A DNA stretch of 64,000 bases from a virus (taxonomy: Duplodnaviria > Caudoviricetes): the IMG/VR virus record IMGVR_UViG_2924943408_000006, positions 5,480-69,479 of that record; one strand, 5' to 3'. Positions 8,888 through 19,670 of this stretch are shown piece after piece. The notes below the pieces were generated by a model that was given only the letters and a program-made list of their open reading frames with translations, was not told the DNA's origin and made no database searches. Within the stretch, counting starts at the first letter, position 1; each line of letters opens with the position of its first letter. Made by a program: the position numbers and the translations under genes.

Positions 8888-9856
8888 ATGAGCATTCCTA
8901 ACCCCAAACTGGAACTTCTGGCACTTTGCTTTGAGTTACCAGACCTTGCTGATAATGCCCTTCCTGAATGGTTGCCGATGATACCTGCGGGTAATTTCAT
9001 TGGCCGTGATGGTCGCTCATGGGTGAATGATAATCCTGCTGCCGTTATTGCCACTTCACTGCGTTACCCAAAACTGCCGTTCGATGCCGAGCATTCCACT
9101 GAAATCAAAGGTCCACTGGGTGAAGAAGCGCCAGCCTATGCCTGGATTGATGCTATGCGCGTCAACGAAGATGGCAGCATCGATGCGCATATCGAATGGA
9201 CCCCTGACGGTGAAGCGCTCGTTCGTGGCAAAAAATATCGCTATTACAGCCCTGCATTTTTCAATAACGGCGCCCGCCAGGTTACCCGCCTGTCCAGCGT
9301 CGGTCTGACCAATAAACCCAACCTGTATTTACCCGCTCTAAATTCGGAGAACCACGAGATGACTGTACCTGTCCAGATTGTGACGGTGCTGGGGCTCGCG
9401 GCCGCTGCGTCTGCTGATGACGTTGTGGTTGCTATCCAGCAAATGAAAGACCGCGAAACCGTAGCGCTGAACCGCGCTGAAAATCCTGACCTGACGAAGT
9501 TCATTCCGGCAGAGACCTATCAACTGGCACTTAATCGCGCCCAAACGGCGGAAGAGCAACTGAAAGCGCAGGCAGGAAAAGACGCTGAAGTGCTGGTTGA
9601 TGGTGCTATTGCTTCCGGCAAAGTTGCCCCGGCCAACCGTGATATGTATCTGGCGCTTTGCCGCAGCGAAGAAGGTCGCAATCAGTTCGGCGAGTTTGTC
9701 AAAACAGCACCGGCCCTGGTCAACACTGACCCAACCAAAGGGAAAGGTAGTAAGGAAGACACCACGCTGACCGATTCTGAATTGTCTATGTGCCGCTCAA
9801 TGGGCATCAAAGAAGAAGAGTTTTTGGCTATCCGCAATAAAGAAGGAGCTCGTTAA
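8888..9856 (+). CDS. Head maturation protease I (Mu gp32) with probable internal scaffold Z start at 9359
   Basis: GRDGRSW, DAEHSTE, APAYAWI, YRYYSPAF, GLTNKPNL..PALN; GGAG before in-frame ATG 9359. Confidence 0.9.
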   Translation: MSIPNPKLELLALCFELPDLADNALPEWLPMIPAGNFIGRDGRSWVNDNPAAVIATSLRYPKLPFDAEHSTEIKGPLGEEAPAYAWIDAMRVNEDGSIDAHIEWTPDGEALVRGKKYRYYSPAFFNNGARQVTRLSSVGLTNKPNLYLPALNSENHEMTVPVQIVTVLGLAAAASADDVVVAIQQMKDRETVALNRAENPDLTKFIPAETYQLALNRAQTAEEQLKAQAGKDAEVLVDGAIASGKVAPANRDMYLALCRSEEGRNQFGEFVKTAPALVNTDPTKGKGSKEDTTLTDSELSMCRSMGIKEEEFLAIRNKEGAR

Positions 9857-10752
9857 TGGCTACCACGATCAGTACTGACGTGTTGTATGCACTCAAAACA
9901 GCCCTGAGTGCTGCATTTACGCGAGGTGTAGGCCGCGTTAACCCTCAATTCCGCTCGGTGGCCAGTGTCATTCCCAGCACGGGAGCATCCAATACCTATG
10001 GCTGGCTGGATGATTTTCCAGGTATCACCGAGTGGTTAACCACCCGACAGCTCGCCCAGCTCAAACAGATGGGCTACAGCATCACCAACAAGACCTGGGA
10101 AAGCTCGATCAAGGTGAAGCGTGAAGCGGTGGAAGACGATCAGCTTGGTCAGTACTCCATTGTTACCGAACAATTTGGTCGCAACGTCACCATTTTCCCG
10201 GACGAGCTGGTATTCAAACTGTTGTGTGATGGTTTCACTACAACTTGTTTTGACGGGCAGTACTTCTTCGACACCGATCATCCAGTAGGTTCGGGCACTC
10301 AGAGTAACGTTATCGGAACACCGGCTACCGATACAGGGGAACCGTGGTTCCTGGTCGATGCCACGCAGGCGCTGCTACCGATTATCTTCCAGGACCGTCG
10401 CCCGTTTGATTTCAAGGCGCTGGATGACCTGAGCAGCGAGCACGTCATTCTCAATAATGAATTTATCTTTGGTACAGATGGCCGCTGCAATGTGGGTTAT
10501 GGCTTCTGGCAAACGGCAGTGGGCTCCAAAGATACCCTCAATGTTCATAACTATGAGTTGGCATATCAGGCGATGCAGGGCATCACCAACAGCGCAGGTA
10601 AACCACTGGGTATCACACCGACCATGCTGGTTGTGGGTAAAGGTAACCGCTCTGCGGCCAAGGGGCTGATTGAAGCGGTTAACTCTGCAAATGGCGCATC
10701 GAATATCTACTACAAAGACGTCGATATTCTGGTCACCCCTTACGTCAAATAA
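9856..10752 (+). CDS. Major capsid protein (Mu gpT family)
   Basis: NTYGWL...PDELVF..L..GF...CFDGQYFFDTDHPV, GYGFWQ. Confidence 0.95.
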   Translation: MATTISTDVLYALKTALSAAFTRGVGRVNPQFRSVASVIPSTGASNTYGWLDDFPGITEWLTTRQLAQLKQMGYSITNKTWESSIKVKREAVEDDQLGQYSIVTEQFGRNVTIFPDELVFKLLCDGFTTTCFDGQYFFDTDHPVGSGTQSNVIGTPATDTGEPWFLVDATQALLPIIFQDRRPFDFKALDDLSSEHVILNNEFIFGTDGRCNVGYGFWQTAVGSKDTLNVHNYELAYQAMQGITNSAGKPLGITPTMLVVGKGNRSAAKGLIEAVNSANGASNIYYKDVDILVTPYVK

Positions 10753-10850
10753 CACGTAAAACTCCTGATTACGTTTTTTCTTACGTTAAATCACGACGGG
10801 TTTAAACGGTCTTCAAAGGTCGTTTAAACCCGCCCAAAGAGGATGGAATA

Positions 10851-11399
10851 GTGAGTGGAAAAACATCAAAGGCAGCGGGTCAGCAAAAGGTTAAAAACGG
10901 CACTGGCGCGGCATCATCGCCGGAAGTGGCATCGCCTGTTATCACTGACGGTGCGCGACATGAGCCGTCAGTCACTCTGCCAGGGCATTACATTGCAGTG
11001 GGTTCACAACCCGTCAGTACTGTAGTGCCTTTGACTGATGGTGTTGTGTCAATGGTGGAAGAGAGTGACCCGCAAACCATGCCCGTAGTTGCGACTAAGT
11101 CTGACTTAATCAGTGCGCTTATGCTGGCTGCGACATCGTCCTTCCCCCAGACCGATGACATTCAGGCCCTGGAAGTTCGCGCGGTTCCAGTTGGTGGCTT
11201 CTACCGTTGCGGCCGTTTCTGGCCACGCGAGCCCGTGAATGTCTTTGCCAGTGATGACCCTGAAGGTGACAACGCCGCTAACAGTGACGGACTGAATATG
11301 ATTGTTGACTGCTTTATCAGTCATGCCGATGCCGCCCGCCTGAAAGCCGAGCCGATGCTCATCGTCAACGTTATTGAATCGGTAACGGAGAAACCGTAA
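10851..11399 (+). CDS. Mu gp35-like / HI1506-like head protein
   Basis: GFYRCGRFW...LKAEPMLIV motif; position after capsid. Confidence 0.65.
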   Translation: MSGKTSKAAGQQKVKNGTGAASSPEVASPVITDGARHEPSVTLPGHYIAVGSQPVSTVVPLTDGVVSMVEESDPQTMPVVATKSDLISALMLAATSSFPQTDDIQALEVRAVPVGGFYRCGRFWPREPVNVFASDDPEGDNAANSDGLNMIVDCFISHADAARLKAEPMLIVNVIESVTEKP

Positions 11400-11839
11400 T
11401 GGGCATTTACGTCACCCGTGATGACCTGCTGGCGGTGGATGGTGAGCTGGTCTGGAATATGGCCATCGACAAATCCACCAATCAGCTTGATGACGCGAAG
11501 ATTGAAACGGCTATTGATGACGCAGATGCGGAGATTAATTCATTTCTGGCCAAGCGTTTCCAGCTGCCACTGGTGATAGCTACTATCCCGCGTCCACTTC
11601 ACCGGGTGGCGGTTTCCATTGCGATCTACTGGCTGTCTGAGCGTGACAGCCAGATAACCGACCTGATCCAGAAACGTTATGACGACGCCATTCGTACGCT
11701 CAAAGAGATTGCGAACGGTACGCGTGACCTCGGACTGCCAACGGCCAGTACAACGCCCGAAACCGATAACGGCAAAATTATTGTGGTATCGGACAACCAA
11801 CGCCTGTTCACCCGCAACAAACTCCGGGGCGTGCTCTGA
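11399..11839 (+). CDS. Head-tail adaptor (Mu gp36/DUF1320)
   Basis: YVTRDDL...AIDDADAEINSFL..RFQLPL...RYDDAIRTLKEIA.G. Confidence 0.9.
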   Translation: MGIYVTRDDLLAVDGELVWNMAIDKSTNQLDDAKIETAIDDADAEINSFLAKRFQLPLVIATIPRPLHRVAVSIAIYWLSERDSQITDLIQKRYDDAIRTLKEIANGTRDLGLPTASTTPETDNGKIIVVSDNQRLFTRNKLRGVL

Positions 11840-12381
11840 TGGGTATTTCCGTTGAGGTGATGGGGGCGGAGAAGCTGGCGCAAATCCGCATGGCCATCGA
11901 GAAACTTTCTGACAGCTCTCTCCAGCAGGAGTTGCTGGAAAGTATCGGTGCCGTTGTTGAATCACAGACCCGCCGTCGAATCAGTGATGAGAAGTCATCA
12001 CCCGCAGGTGAGAAATGGCAGGCATGGTCTGACGGTTACGGCAAGACTCGTCACGGTAACCAGAGCCTTTTGCAGGGTAACGGTGACCTGATGGACAGCA
12101 TTCAGTTCATCGTCGAGCGAGGCCGCGTTCGTGTCGGTTCCCCGCTTGCTTATGCCGCCGTTCATCAGGATGGTTTTTCTGGCAGCGTCTCCGTCAGTGC
12201 TCATAAACGCCTTATCACACAGGCATTTGGTCGGGCACTGAAGCACGGCGTCTGGCAGTCAGTTGGTGCGCAAAAACGCATGATGAATATTCCGCAGCGC
12301 GAATATCTCGGGCTGTCATCTGAAAATAGCGAAGAGCTGATGCACGTCATTGGCGACTTCTGGCAAGGGGTACTCCCATGA
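11839..12381 (+). CDS. Virion morphogenesis protein (Mu gpG / tail completion S family)
   Basis: SPAGEKW...LQGNGDLMDSI...YAAVHQ.G...IPQREYLGLS. Confidence 0.9.
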   Translation: MGISVEVMGAEKLAQIRMAIEKLSDSSLQQELLESIGAVVESQTRRRISDEKSSPAGEKWQAWSDGYGKTRHGNQSLLQGNGDLMDSIQFIVERGRVRVGSPLAYAAVHQDGFSGSVSVSAHKRLITQAFGRALKHGVWQSVGAQKRMMNIPQREYLGLSSENSEELMHVIGDFWQGVLP

Positions 12382-12980
12382 ATAACCGTCCCGAACTGCT
12401 GACCACCGGCAGCACGGTTGCGGCCGCAGAACATATTGTGGACTGGCTGAAACCGGTACTGGAGGGTGACAGCCTGGACCAGGTGAAAGTGATCGAACGC
12501 CATATTGGTCAGTTCAATACTCCGGCTGAAGTGAAAACCTATCTGTCTGATCGCAATGGTTGTATCCGCGTTGCGGCACTGCGTATCCGTAATATCCGCT
12601 CTCGCGCAGGTGGCACCATCGGTGATGTGACCTGGGCTGCTTATGTCATGGCCACAGACGCATGGGGATACCCGCGTGATACACGTTGCGAAATTCTTGT
12701 GGGAAAACTGGCTCGTCGGATTGCATCACGCGAAGCGGCATCTGGCATGGGTGCTGAACGTGCCGCCAGCGCCATCAGTGCCGACAACATCTATACCAGC
12801 GGACTGAACGATCTGGGCCTGACCATGTGGGCTGTGACATGGGAGCAGGAGTTTCGACTTGATGAAGAAATCGATATTTCAACGCTCCCTGACTTCCTGC
12901 GGCTGGGGGCAACATTCTCCGTCAATGACGGTGCAACCAACATTGATGGCGTGATTAACGTCAGGGAACCTAATCCATGA
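12378..12980 (+). CDS. Tail terminator-like protein (Mu gp37-like)
   Basis: Synteny before sheath; WAVTWEQ motif. Confidence 0.65.
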   Translation: MNNRPELLTTGSTVAAAEHIVDWLKPVLEGDSLDQVKVIERHIGQFNTPAEVKTYLSDRNGCIRVAALRIRNIRSRAGGTIGDVTWAAYVMATDAWGYPRDTRCEILVGKLARRIASREAASGMGAERAASAISADNIYTSGLNDLGLTMWAVTWEQEFRLDEEIDISTLPDFLRLGATFSVNDGATNIDGVINVREPNP

Positions 12981-13183
12981 AAAAACATATTAAGCCCGCC
13001 CGTGATGGGCTGCTGGTCCGAAAAAACAAAGGTGAGCATCTGAAGGCTGAAGGCGAAGTACTGCTGATGAGCGCCTGGTGGCATCGCCGCGAAGCTGAAG
13101 GTGATGTGGTTATCACTGATGTGAAGGAGCCTGCAACCGAGGTTGCTCAAGCCCTTCAGAATAAAAATGTGAAGGAGAAATAA
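12977..13183 (+). CDS. Mu gp38-like (DUF2635) protein
   Basis: IKPARDGLLVR...AWWHRREAEGDV. Confidence 0.8.
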   Translation: MKKHIKPARDGLLVRKNKGEHLKAEGEVLLMSAWWHRREAEGDVVITDVKEPATEVAQALQNKNVKEK

Positions 13184-13184
13184 T

Positions 13185-14663
13185 ATGTCTCTGGGCTCTA
13201 TTCCTGATGATATCCGCGTTCCGCTGGTGTACATCGATATCGACAATTCTCAGGCGATGGGCAGCGCACCGGCGCAGTCCCGCAAAGTGATTGTCATTGG
13301 CCAGCAGAGTGCCACTGGTGCGGCGGCTGCTCTGACCCAAACCCGTATTACCAGCGATGGTCAGGCTGAGAAGCTGTATGGCAAAGGCTCCATGCTTGCA
13401 GAGATGCTGAAAACCTTCCGTAAAGCCAACAGCTATACCGAAACCTGGGCGATGGGGCTGGTTGACCTTGCATCTGGCGCAGCGGCGAAAGCCGAGCTGG
13501 CAGTGGTTGGTACTGCGACGGCGGCAGGCACGCTGGCATTATTGATTAATGGTGTCTCTGTTCAGGTCGGTGTGGATGAGGGTGACACTCGCGATACTGT
13601 CGGCAGCGCTATTATTGCCGCTGTAGCAAAATTACCTGCCACGCAGGTGGGTGCGGCGTTAAAAGCGACCACTACCGATACGGTAGAACTGACGGCGAAC
13701 TGGAAAGGCGTCACCGGTAACGGCATGGATGTCCGCAAGAATTACTATCCAGGCGAACAAACGCCTGTCGGTATTAATGTCACCATTACTGACTTTGCAG
13801 GCGGCACCGGCACCCCCGATATCAGCACCGTGGTAGCAGCACTGGGTGACGACTGGTACACCGATATCGTTTATGCCTGGAACGATACCCAGAGTCTCAA
13901 CACCATTCGTGACGAACTGGTGACCCGCTGGGGACCGCTGAAGATGATTGAAGCCCAGCTTTGGGCAGCTTTCCGTGGGACTCATGCCGAGTCAGGCACC
14001 TTCGGTGATGCACGTAATGACTGGCTGATTTCCTGCATGGGGACCAATCTGGCGCCGCAGCCATCATGGTTGTGGGCGGCGTCTTATGGCGGTATTTCTT
14101 CCTACTATCTCGCCATCGACCCGGCGCGTCCGCTGCAAACGCTGGTACTGCCAGGCATTCTGCCACCGGCTAAAGAAGTCCGTTGGGATATGCCTGAGCG
14201 CAACCTGTTGCTGCATGACGGTATTGCCACGCATTTCGTTGATGCGGGTGGCAATGTCTGTATCGAGCGTGAAATCACCATGTACCGCGTCAACCAGTTC
14301 GGCGACCCGGACACGTCTTATCTTGATGTGCAGTCCCCGGCAACGCTTGGTCGTATCCGCTACATCATCAAAAACCGTTTCTCCAGCCGATACCCACGTC
14401 ACAAGCTGGCGGGTGATGATGTGCTGGAGCTGCTTGACCCAGGTCAACCCGTGATGACGCCGAAGATTGCACGCGCCGAGCTGCTGGATATCGCGCTCAC
14501 TGAACTGGTGCCTGCCGGACTGGTTGAAGACTTCGACGACTACAAAGCCACGCTCGATGTCGATATCGATGGCAGCGATAAAAACCGCCTGAACTTCATC
14601 GCTCACCCAAACCTGGTCAATCAGCTGCGTGTGCTGGCTGGTCTCATCCAGTTCAAACAGTAA
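13185..14663 (+). CDS. Tail sheath protein (Mu gpL)
   Basis: IPDDIRVPLVYIDIDNSQA, DPARPLQTL, RYPRHKLA. Confidence 0.95.
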   Translation: MSLGSIPDDIRVPLVYIDIDNSQAMGSAPAQSRKVIVIGQQSATGAAAALTQTRITSDGQAEKLYGKGSMLAEMLKTFRKANSYTETWAMGLVDLASGAAAKAELAVVGTATAAGTLALLINGVSVQVGVDEGDTRDTVGSAIIAAVAKLPATQVGAALKATTTDTVELTANWKGVTGNGMDVRKNYYPGEQTPVGINVTITDFAGGTGTPDISTVVAALGDDWYTDIVYAWNDTQSLNTIRDELVTRWGPLKMIEAQLWAAFRGTHAESGTFGDARNDWLISCMGTNLAPQPSWLWAASYGGISSYYLAIDPARPLQTLVLPGILPPAKEVRWDMPERNLLLHDGIATHFVDAGGNVCIEREITMYRVNQFGDPDTSYLDVQSPATLGRIRYIIKNRFSSRYPRHKLAGDDVLELLDPGQPVMTPKIARAELLDIALTELVPAGLVEDFDDYKATLDVDIDGSDKNRLNFIAHPNLVNQLRVLAGLIQFKQ

Positions 14664-14672
14664 GGATAAATT

Positions 14673-15029
14673 ATGCCGAGAATTCTGGGGATGGCGTCCA
14701 TCCGTATTAACGGACGCGAGATTAAAACCGAAGGTAAAGCCACCCTTAATCCGGGTGGGTTTGCCCGCGCACAGCATATGGGAGGCGGTAAGGTCTGGGG
14801 ATACTCCCGCAAGATGGCAGCGCCTTCCATCAAGCTGACTATCGCGGCAGCGGATGATATGGACGTTATTGAAATCAGTGGCTGGGAAGATGTCACGGTG
14901 ATGTTTGAAGGTGACAACGGCCTCAGTTATATGATGACCGAATCAGCGACTGATAACCCGGCAGAGCTGGATGAAGACGCAGGCACCATTTCTGCCAACT
15001 TCATCGGCACCAAACTGGTGAAGGTGTAA
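14673..15029 (+). CDS. Tail tube protein (Mu gpM)
   Basis: 118 aa, immediately after sheath. Confidence 0.9.
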   Translation: MPRILGMASIRINGREIKTEGKATLNPGGFARAQHMGGGKVWGYSRKMAAPSIKLTIAAADDMDVIEISGWEDVTVMFEGDNGLSYMMTESATDNPAELDEDAGTISANFIGTKLVKV

Positions 15030-15032
15030 GTC

Positions 15033-15416
15033 ATGGCACAGACCTCATTTACATTGAAAAAGGGTTACATCACGGGCAAAGGCACCGAAGACGAAACCCG
15101 TCACACCACGGTAACTCTCAGGGAGCTGAATTCTCAGGATGTTGTTGAGTCACAACTGGCCGCAGAGCGGGTCGTGATTGGCGAGAACGGCAAAGCAGTG
15201 GCGTACTGCTCTGAAGTGCTGATGGGGCTTGAGATGCTGCGCCGCCAGATTATGAGTGTCGGCAGCATTCCCGGTCCACTGAGCGTGAAGCAGCTCTATG
15301 CCTTCCATCCCGAAGACCTGGAACAGCTGACAACCAAAGCCGCCAGCATGGATGAACTGCTTGCAGGGACCGCCTCACGGGGGCGAGCTGATGCCGCTGG
15401 CGACGGCACTCAGTAG
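15033..15416 (+). CDS. Tail assembly chaperone (Mu gp41)
   Basis: VTLRELNSQDVV...IPGPLS..QL...HPEDL; position before tape measure. Confidence 0.85.
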   Translation: MAQTSFTLKKGYITGKGTEDETRHTTVTLRELNSQDVVESQLAAERVVIGENGKAVAYCSEVLMGLEMLRRQIMSVGSIPGPLSVKQLYAFHPEDLEQLTTKAASMDELLAGTASRGRADAAGDGTQ

Positions 15417-15537
15417 TCTTCTCGTCAACCTCTCGCAGCGTTTTGATATTAACCACCTCCAGCAGTTGCCCTTGCGGCAGCTGCTTCGTCTGACAGACCA
15501 ACTGAGGAAGCAACATGGCAAGCCGCCTCACCACTGA
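15379..15537 (+). other. Programmed -2 frameshift site GGGGGCGA and downstream extension ORF (G-T type chaperone)
   Basis: CGG GGG CGA at 15378-15386; downstream ORF to 15537 lies in the -2 frame, as described for Mu. Confidence 0.75.
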
Positions 15538-17305
15538 AATTCTTATCAACCTGGCGGGTAACCTGACCGCCAAAGCCCGCCAGTACGGTGCCAATATGTC
15601 CGAGTTTGCCCGTCGTAATGAGCGGGCAATGTCTGTGGTGAAGGCCACGTCAGCAGCAGCGGGCCGAGGGTTAGATGCATTGGGTAACCGCTACACCGGG
15701 ATGATTGCCGGGTTCGCTGGCGGTGCCATGCTTCGCGAATTTGCTCAAACCGATCGCCGGATTACACGCATGGGTCTGGCTGCTGAAAAGACCCGGGCAG
15801 AGATGTCTCAGATTTTTAGCGGTATCCAGGATGCTGCAATCAAGTTCCGTGTCGATGACAGTGAGGTGACAAGTGCTGTCGAAAAAATTGGAACGGTGAC
15901 GGGTGATATTGATTTTGGTGTCAAGAACAAAAATAATCTCGCCGCTTCAATCGCAGCCTCTGGTGGTTCTGGTGAATCAATCGGCGGTTTGTTCGCACAA
16001 TTCCCCAAATATCAACTGACGTCAGAAAAGCAAACCTTGGAGGCAATGGATACCCTCAACAAACTGGGTAAAGAGGGTGCCTTCGAACTGGCTGATATAG
16101 CAGACAAGGGGGTTAGGGCTCTATCAATGTATGCCGCAGCCGGTGGCACGGGGATTAAAGGGATTAAGGATGTGGGTGTCGCAATGGAATCTGCTATTGA
16201 TGCTACTGGTGACCGAGATACAGCTTCAACAGCAGTCGAAAACCTTATTCGTGATTTACAAGCCCCAAAGGTTGTAAAGGAATTGGGCCGCAATGGTATT
16301 AACGTCTTTGGCGATGATGGCAGGATGCGTTCTCTTCCTAAGTTAATGGAAGAAATTGCTAAACGTTCGGGAAATAAAGGAGCTAAAGAACAAAATAAAC
16401 GCCTGGTCGAATCCGGTTTTAATCAGGACAGCATCCTCCTGTTAAGTAGCGTTACTACTGGTAAAGGTGCAGAAAACCTTAAGCGGTATAACGCTGTAAC
16501 AGCTGATGGATCAGGTATTTTGTCGGATGCGAAATATGCGGCTCAGGACTTTACATCAGCCTTGACTAGCCTGAATGGCACCTGGAAGAAATTTGCTAAT
16601 GGCAACCTCGCTAAACCCGTTCAAGAATTAGCTGACGCATTGAATTCAGTAGACCAGAAAACCGTCCAGAACTGGTTGGAGGTTGGCAAGAATATCACTA
16701 TTGCAGTTGGTGGCATTATTGCAGCTCGCAAAGTATTCCAGATTGGTAAAGGTGCTTGGGATTTATTTGGCGGTGGGAAAGGTAAAGGAATTCCAACTGG
16801 CGTGGCTGATGTATTCGGTTCGGGGGTTATGCCGGTATATGTGACGAACATGCCAGCAAATGGTCTGGGGGGAAATAATGATAAGGGGGGTGATGGAAGT
16901 AATTCAGACGTGCCTGAGCTACCGGGCAAACTTGGTTTAGTTTCAACAGCAATTAATACCGCCAATGAAATTACATCTCTAATTCCATTTCCTGAAACTA
17001 AAGAAGACAAACAAGCATTAATTCAAAAAGTTCAGGACAATGCTAATCGCCCCAGCATGTGGAATGACATTAAAGACTGGTTTACCTCAACGAGCAATGA
17101 CCCACAAATCGCGAATCCGCAACCATGGGCCAGCCTTCAGCCCCAGAATCAAACCCAAACGTATCCTGCGTTTTCGTTGCAGCCCCTGACTGGGGAAATT
17201 AGGGTTGTGATCGAAGGTGATGCCCGCGTTAAGAATGTCAAAATGAACCAGCCGGGCATCACACTCAGCGCTCAATCGGGCGTATCTAATGTGGAGCAGA
17301 ACTGA
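15515..17305 (+). CDS. Tape measure protein
   Basis: 596 aa Ala/Gly-rich helical protein, GVMPVYVTNMP motif, synteny. Confidence 0.9.
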   Translation: MASRLTTEILINLAGNLTAKARQYGANMSEFARRNERAMSVVKATSAAAGRGLDALGNRYTGMIAGFAGGAMLREFAQTDRRITRMGLAAEKTRAEMSQIFSGIQDAAIKFRVDDSEVTSAVEKIGTVTGDIDFGVKNKNNLAASIAASGGSGESIGGLFAQFPKYQLTSEKQTLEAMDTLNKLGKEGAFELADIADKGVRALSMYAAAGGTGIKGIKDVGVAMESAIDATGDRDTASTAVENLIRDLQAPKVVKELGRNGINVFGDDGRMRSLPKLMEEIAKRSGNKGAKEQNKRLVESGFNQDSILLLSSVTTGKGAENLKRYNAVTADGSGILSDAKYAAQDFTSALTSLNGTWKKFANGNLAKPVQELADALNSVDQKTVQNWLEVGKNITIAVGGIIAARKVFQIGKGAWDLFGGGKGKGIPTGVADVFGSGVMPVYVTNMPANGLGGNNDKGGDGSNSDVPELPGKLGLVSTAINTANEITSLIPFPETKEDKQALIQKVQDNANRPSMWNDIKDWFTSTSNDPQIANPQPWASLQPQNQTQTYPAFSLQPLTGEIRVVIEGDARVKNVKMNQPGITLSAQSGVSNVEQN

Positions 17306-18573
17306 TGGCTAAAGGTGAATGGGAATCACTGCGTGATGCCTCGTTCCGCAATGTGCCGTTTTATCTTGTTGATAATGAAGGCACCAGCGGCCGCAGGGCA
17401 ATCCCCCGCGCATACCCTAAAAAAGAAGTGGGCTGGACAGAAGATAATGGTGCGGTCCTTACCCAGCAGCAGATTAATGGCAAGCTGGTTGGAAAGAACT
17501 TTCAAAAGCAATTAGAGGCCCTTTTATATGCCCTTAATTTGCCCGGCCCCGGTGAACTTGTTCATCCTTGGTTTGGGATTGAGAAGGTCCAGGTAGGCAA
17601 GGTTTCTCACCGCCTGAGCACGGAAGAAGGCGGTATCGCTTTCATTTCTTTCGAAGTATTTGAGGCGGGTGAACGCCTGTTCCCGGCACCAAAAGAAAAC
17701 ACCAGCCTGACATCACTAAGCGCCGCAGATGCAGTAAAAGAGGCGTTTGCCAACGGTGATTATTTTGCAGCGCTCGATGGGCTTGGCGATATGACTGACA
17801 CTTTGCTCGACGACATGCAGGGGCTGGTGATGAATCTGCCGACTATCCCATCAGCACTGACCGACTGGATTGATAGGGCTAATCGCTTCAAAGACCTGGT
17901 CGGAATTGTTATCGCAAAACCTGGCGAACTGGTGCGTGAGGTCATGGGACTGGCCAGTAATATTCGCGATATCGTGAGTGAGCCCCCCTGGGCATTACGC
18001 GTTTATGACCAGCTCCGTAGCCAGTGGGCTGGGGAACGGGCCGCTAAGTCTGCGACCAAAACGATGCCGGGAGATATGCCCGTTCTGGCAAGCTCTCCGT
18101 CTCGGGGTATTAATGGTGTGGCAAGCAGCATATCGCCAACGGCCATCACACCATCACCTGCGATGCAGACCAACATAACTGACTTCCGCCAGATGGTACT
18201 CATTACCGCTGTAGTCGCCCAGTCTGAAGCGGTGGCCACAATGGATTTCACCACATCAGATGAAGCAAAAGCCGCTGGCGATAAACTGGCGGAGCAATTA
18301 GCGGAACAGGCAGTCACTGCTGTGGAGAACGGGCAGCGCGAATTATGGCGAACGCTACGTGATTTACGCTTTGCGGTAGTGAACGATGTGCGCGTTCGCG
18401 GCGCTCAGTTGCCTGAGCTGCGTCAGTTATCACCTACGGTCACCACTACGGCTGCGGCATTAGCATGGCGAGAAACCGGCAATACTGAAAATCGTGAAGA
18501 GATTGTTTCCCGCAACCGGCTGCGTGACCCGTCGTTTATTATGCCCTCCAGCACTATTGAGGTGATCGAATGA
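17305..18573 (+). CDS. DNA circularization protein (Mu gpN)
   Basis: LRDASFRNVPF...GRRAI...PGPGELVHPWFG. Confidence 0.9.
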   Translation: MAKGEWESLRDASFRNVPFYLVDNEGTSGRRAIPRAYPKKEVGWTEDNGAVLTQQQINGKLVGKNFQKQLEALLYALNLPGPGELVHPWFGIEKVQVGKVSHRLSTEEGGIAFISFEVFEAGERLFPAPKENTSLTSLSAADAVKEAFANGDYFAALDGLGDMTDTLLDDMQGLVMNLPTIPSALTDWIDRANRFKDLVGIVIAKPGELVREVMGLASNIRDIVSEPPWALRVYDQLRSQWAGERAAKSATKTMPGDMPVLASSPSRGINGVASSISPTAITPSPAMQTNITDFRQMVLITAVVAQSEAVATMDFTTSDEAKAAGDKLAEQLAEQAVTAVENGQRELWRTLRDLRFAVVNDVRVRGAQLPELRQLSPTVTTTAAALAWRETGNTENREEIVSRNRLRDPSFIMPSSTIEVIE

Positions 18574-19670
18574 TGGAGCCTACAACCGCTACAGAAAGTG
18601 TTGTTCTGACAGTCAGTGGTCAGCAGTGGGATGGATGGACCGAGATGTCCATTACCCGTTCACTGGAGGCCGTTGCCGGTGAGTTCGATCTCACTGTTAC
18701 CACTCAATGGTCTGAAGCCGCCCCGCGCACCATCAAAGAAGGCTTACCCTGCACGGTCACCATCGGTACGGATACCGTACTCACTGGCTATATTGATGAT
18801 TTTATTCCCAGCTACGATGCTGAGAACGTCTCGATTCGGGTCATGGGGCGCGATAAAACCGGTGACCTTGTGGACAGTTCGGTTGTTCATACATCCGGGC
18901 AGTGGAAAGGTGTGAAGCTTGAGCAACTCGCCCGTGAAATTGCCCAGCCGTATGGCATTACCGTTATCAGCGAGACAGATACGGGCGAAGCCTTCCCGAG
19001 TGTGGTACTTGAGCAAGGCGAGACGGGTTTTGAATTGCTGGACAGGCTGGCCAAACAGCGCGGTGTACTGCTTACATCGGACGCTAAGGGCCAGCTTATC
19101 ATTACCCGAGCCTCGAAAAAACGGGCGTCAGTTGCTCTGGCATTGGGTGAAAATATCCTTGCTGCCCGTGGTCGCTTCAGTTGGCGTGAACGGGCCAGCC
19201 AGTACATTGTGAAAGGTTCCTCCAGTGCCGGTGGTGCGACGTGGGATGACCAGCCCACAAAAGTTGTCGGCGGACGTCAGGTCAGCATTGATGACACTGA
19301 AATTAACCGCTACCGCCCGAAGATTCTGGTTAATGAAGACAGCCTGACAGTGGGCGGAGCCAGCACCCGTGGCGACTGGTATAAAGCCCGCATGATGGGC
19401 GAAGCCAACACGACGGAGATTACCGTCGCAGGCTGGCGTGAGAACGGTGACAGCGGTCCCTTGTGGCAAAAGAACCTGCTGGCCGATATTCGTGATCCGG
19501 TGCAGAACCTCGACACTACCTGGCTCATCAAGAGCGTGACCTTCACTGAAGGCGACGGTGGGCGCATCACCGTACTGGCACTGGTGCCGCCCGAGTCGAT
19601 GGATATGCCAGAGACAAAGGCGAAAGCGAAGAAAGGCAAGAAAGCGAAGGTGGTGGCAACATGGGACTGA
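18570..19670 (+). CDS. Baseplate hub (Mu gpP/gp44)
   Basis: WDGWTEMSITRS, VLTGYID, GRDKTGDLVDSS. Confidence 0.9.
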   Translation: MMEPTTATESVVLTVSGQQWDGWTEMSITRSLEAVAGEFDLTVTTQWSEAAPRTIKEGLPCTVTIGTDTVLTGYIDDFIPSYDAENVSIRVMGRDKTGDLVDSSVVHTSGQWKGVKLEQLAREIAQPYGITVISETDTGEAFPSVVLEQGETGFELLDRLAKQRGVLLTSDAKGQLIITRASKKRASVALALGENILAARGRFSWRERASQYIVKGSSSAGGATWDDQPTKVVGGRQVSIDDTEINRYRPKILVNEDSLTVGGASTRGDWYKARMMGEANTTEITVAGWRENGDSGPLWQKNLLADIRDPVQNLDTTWLIKSVTFTEGDGGRITVLALVPPESMDMPETKAKAKKGKKAKVVATWD

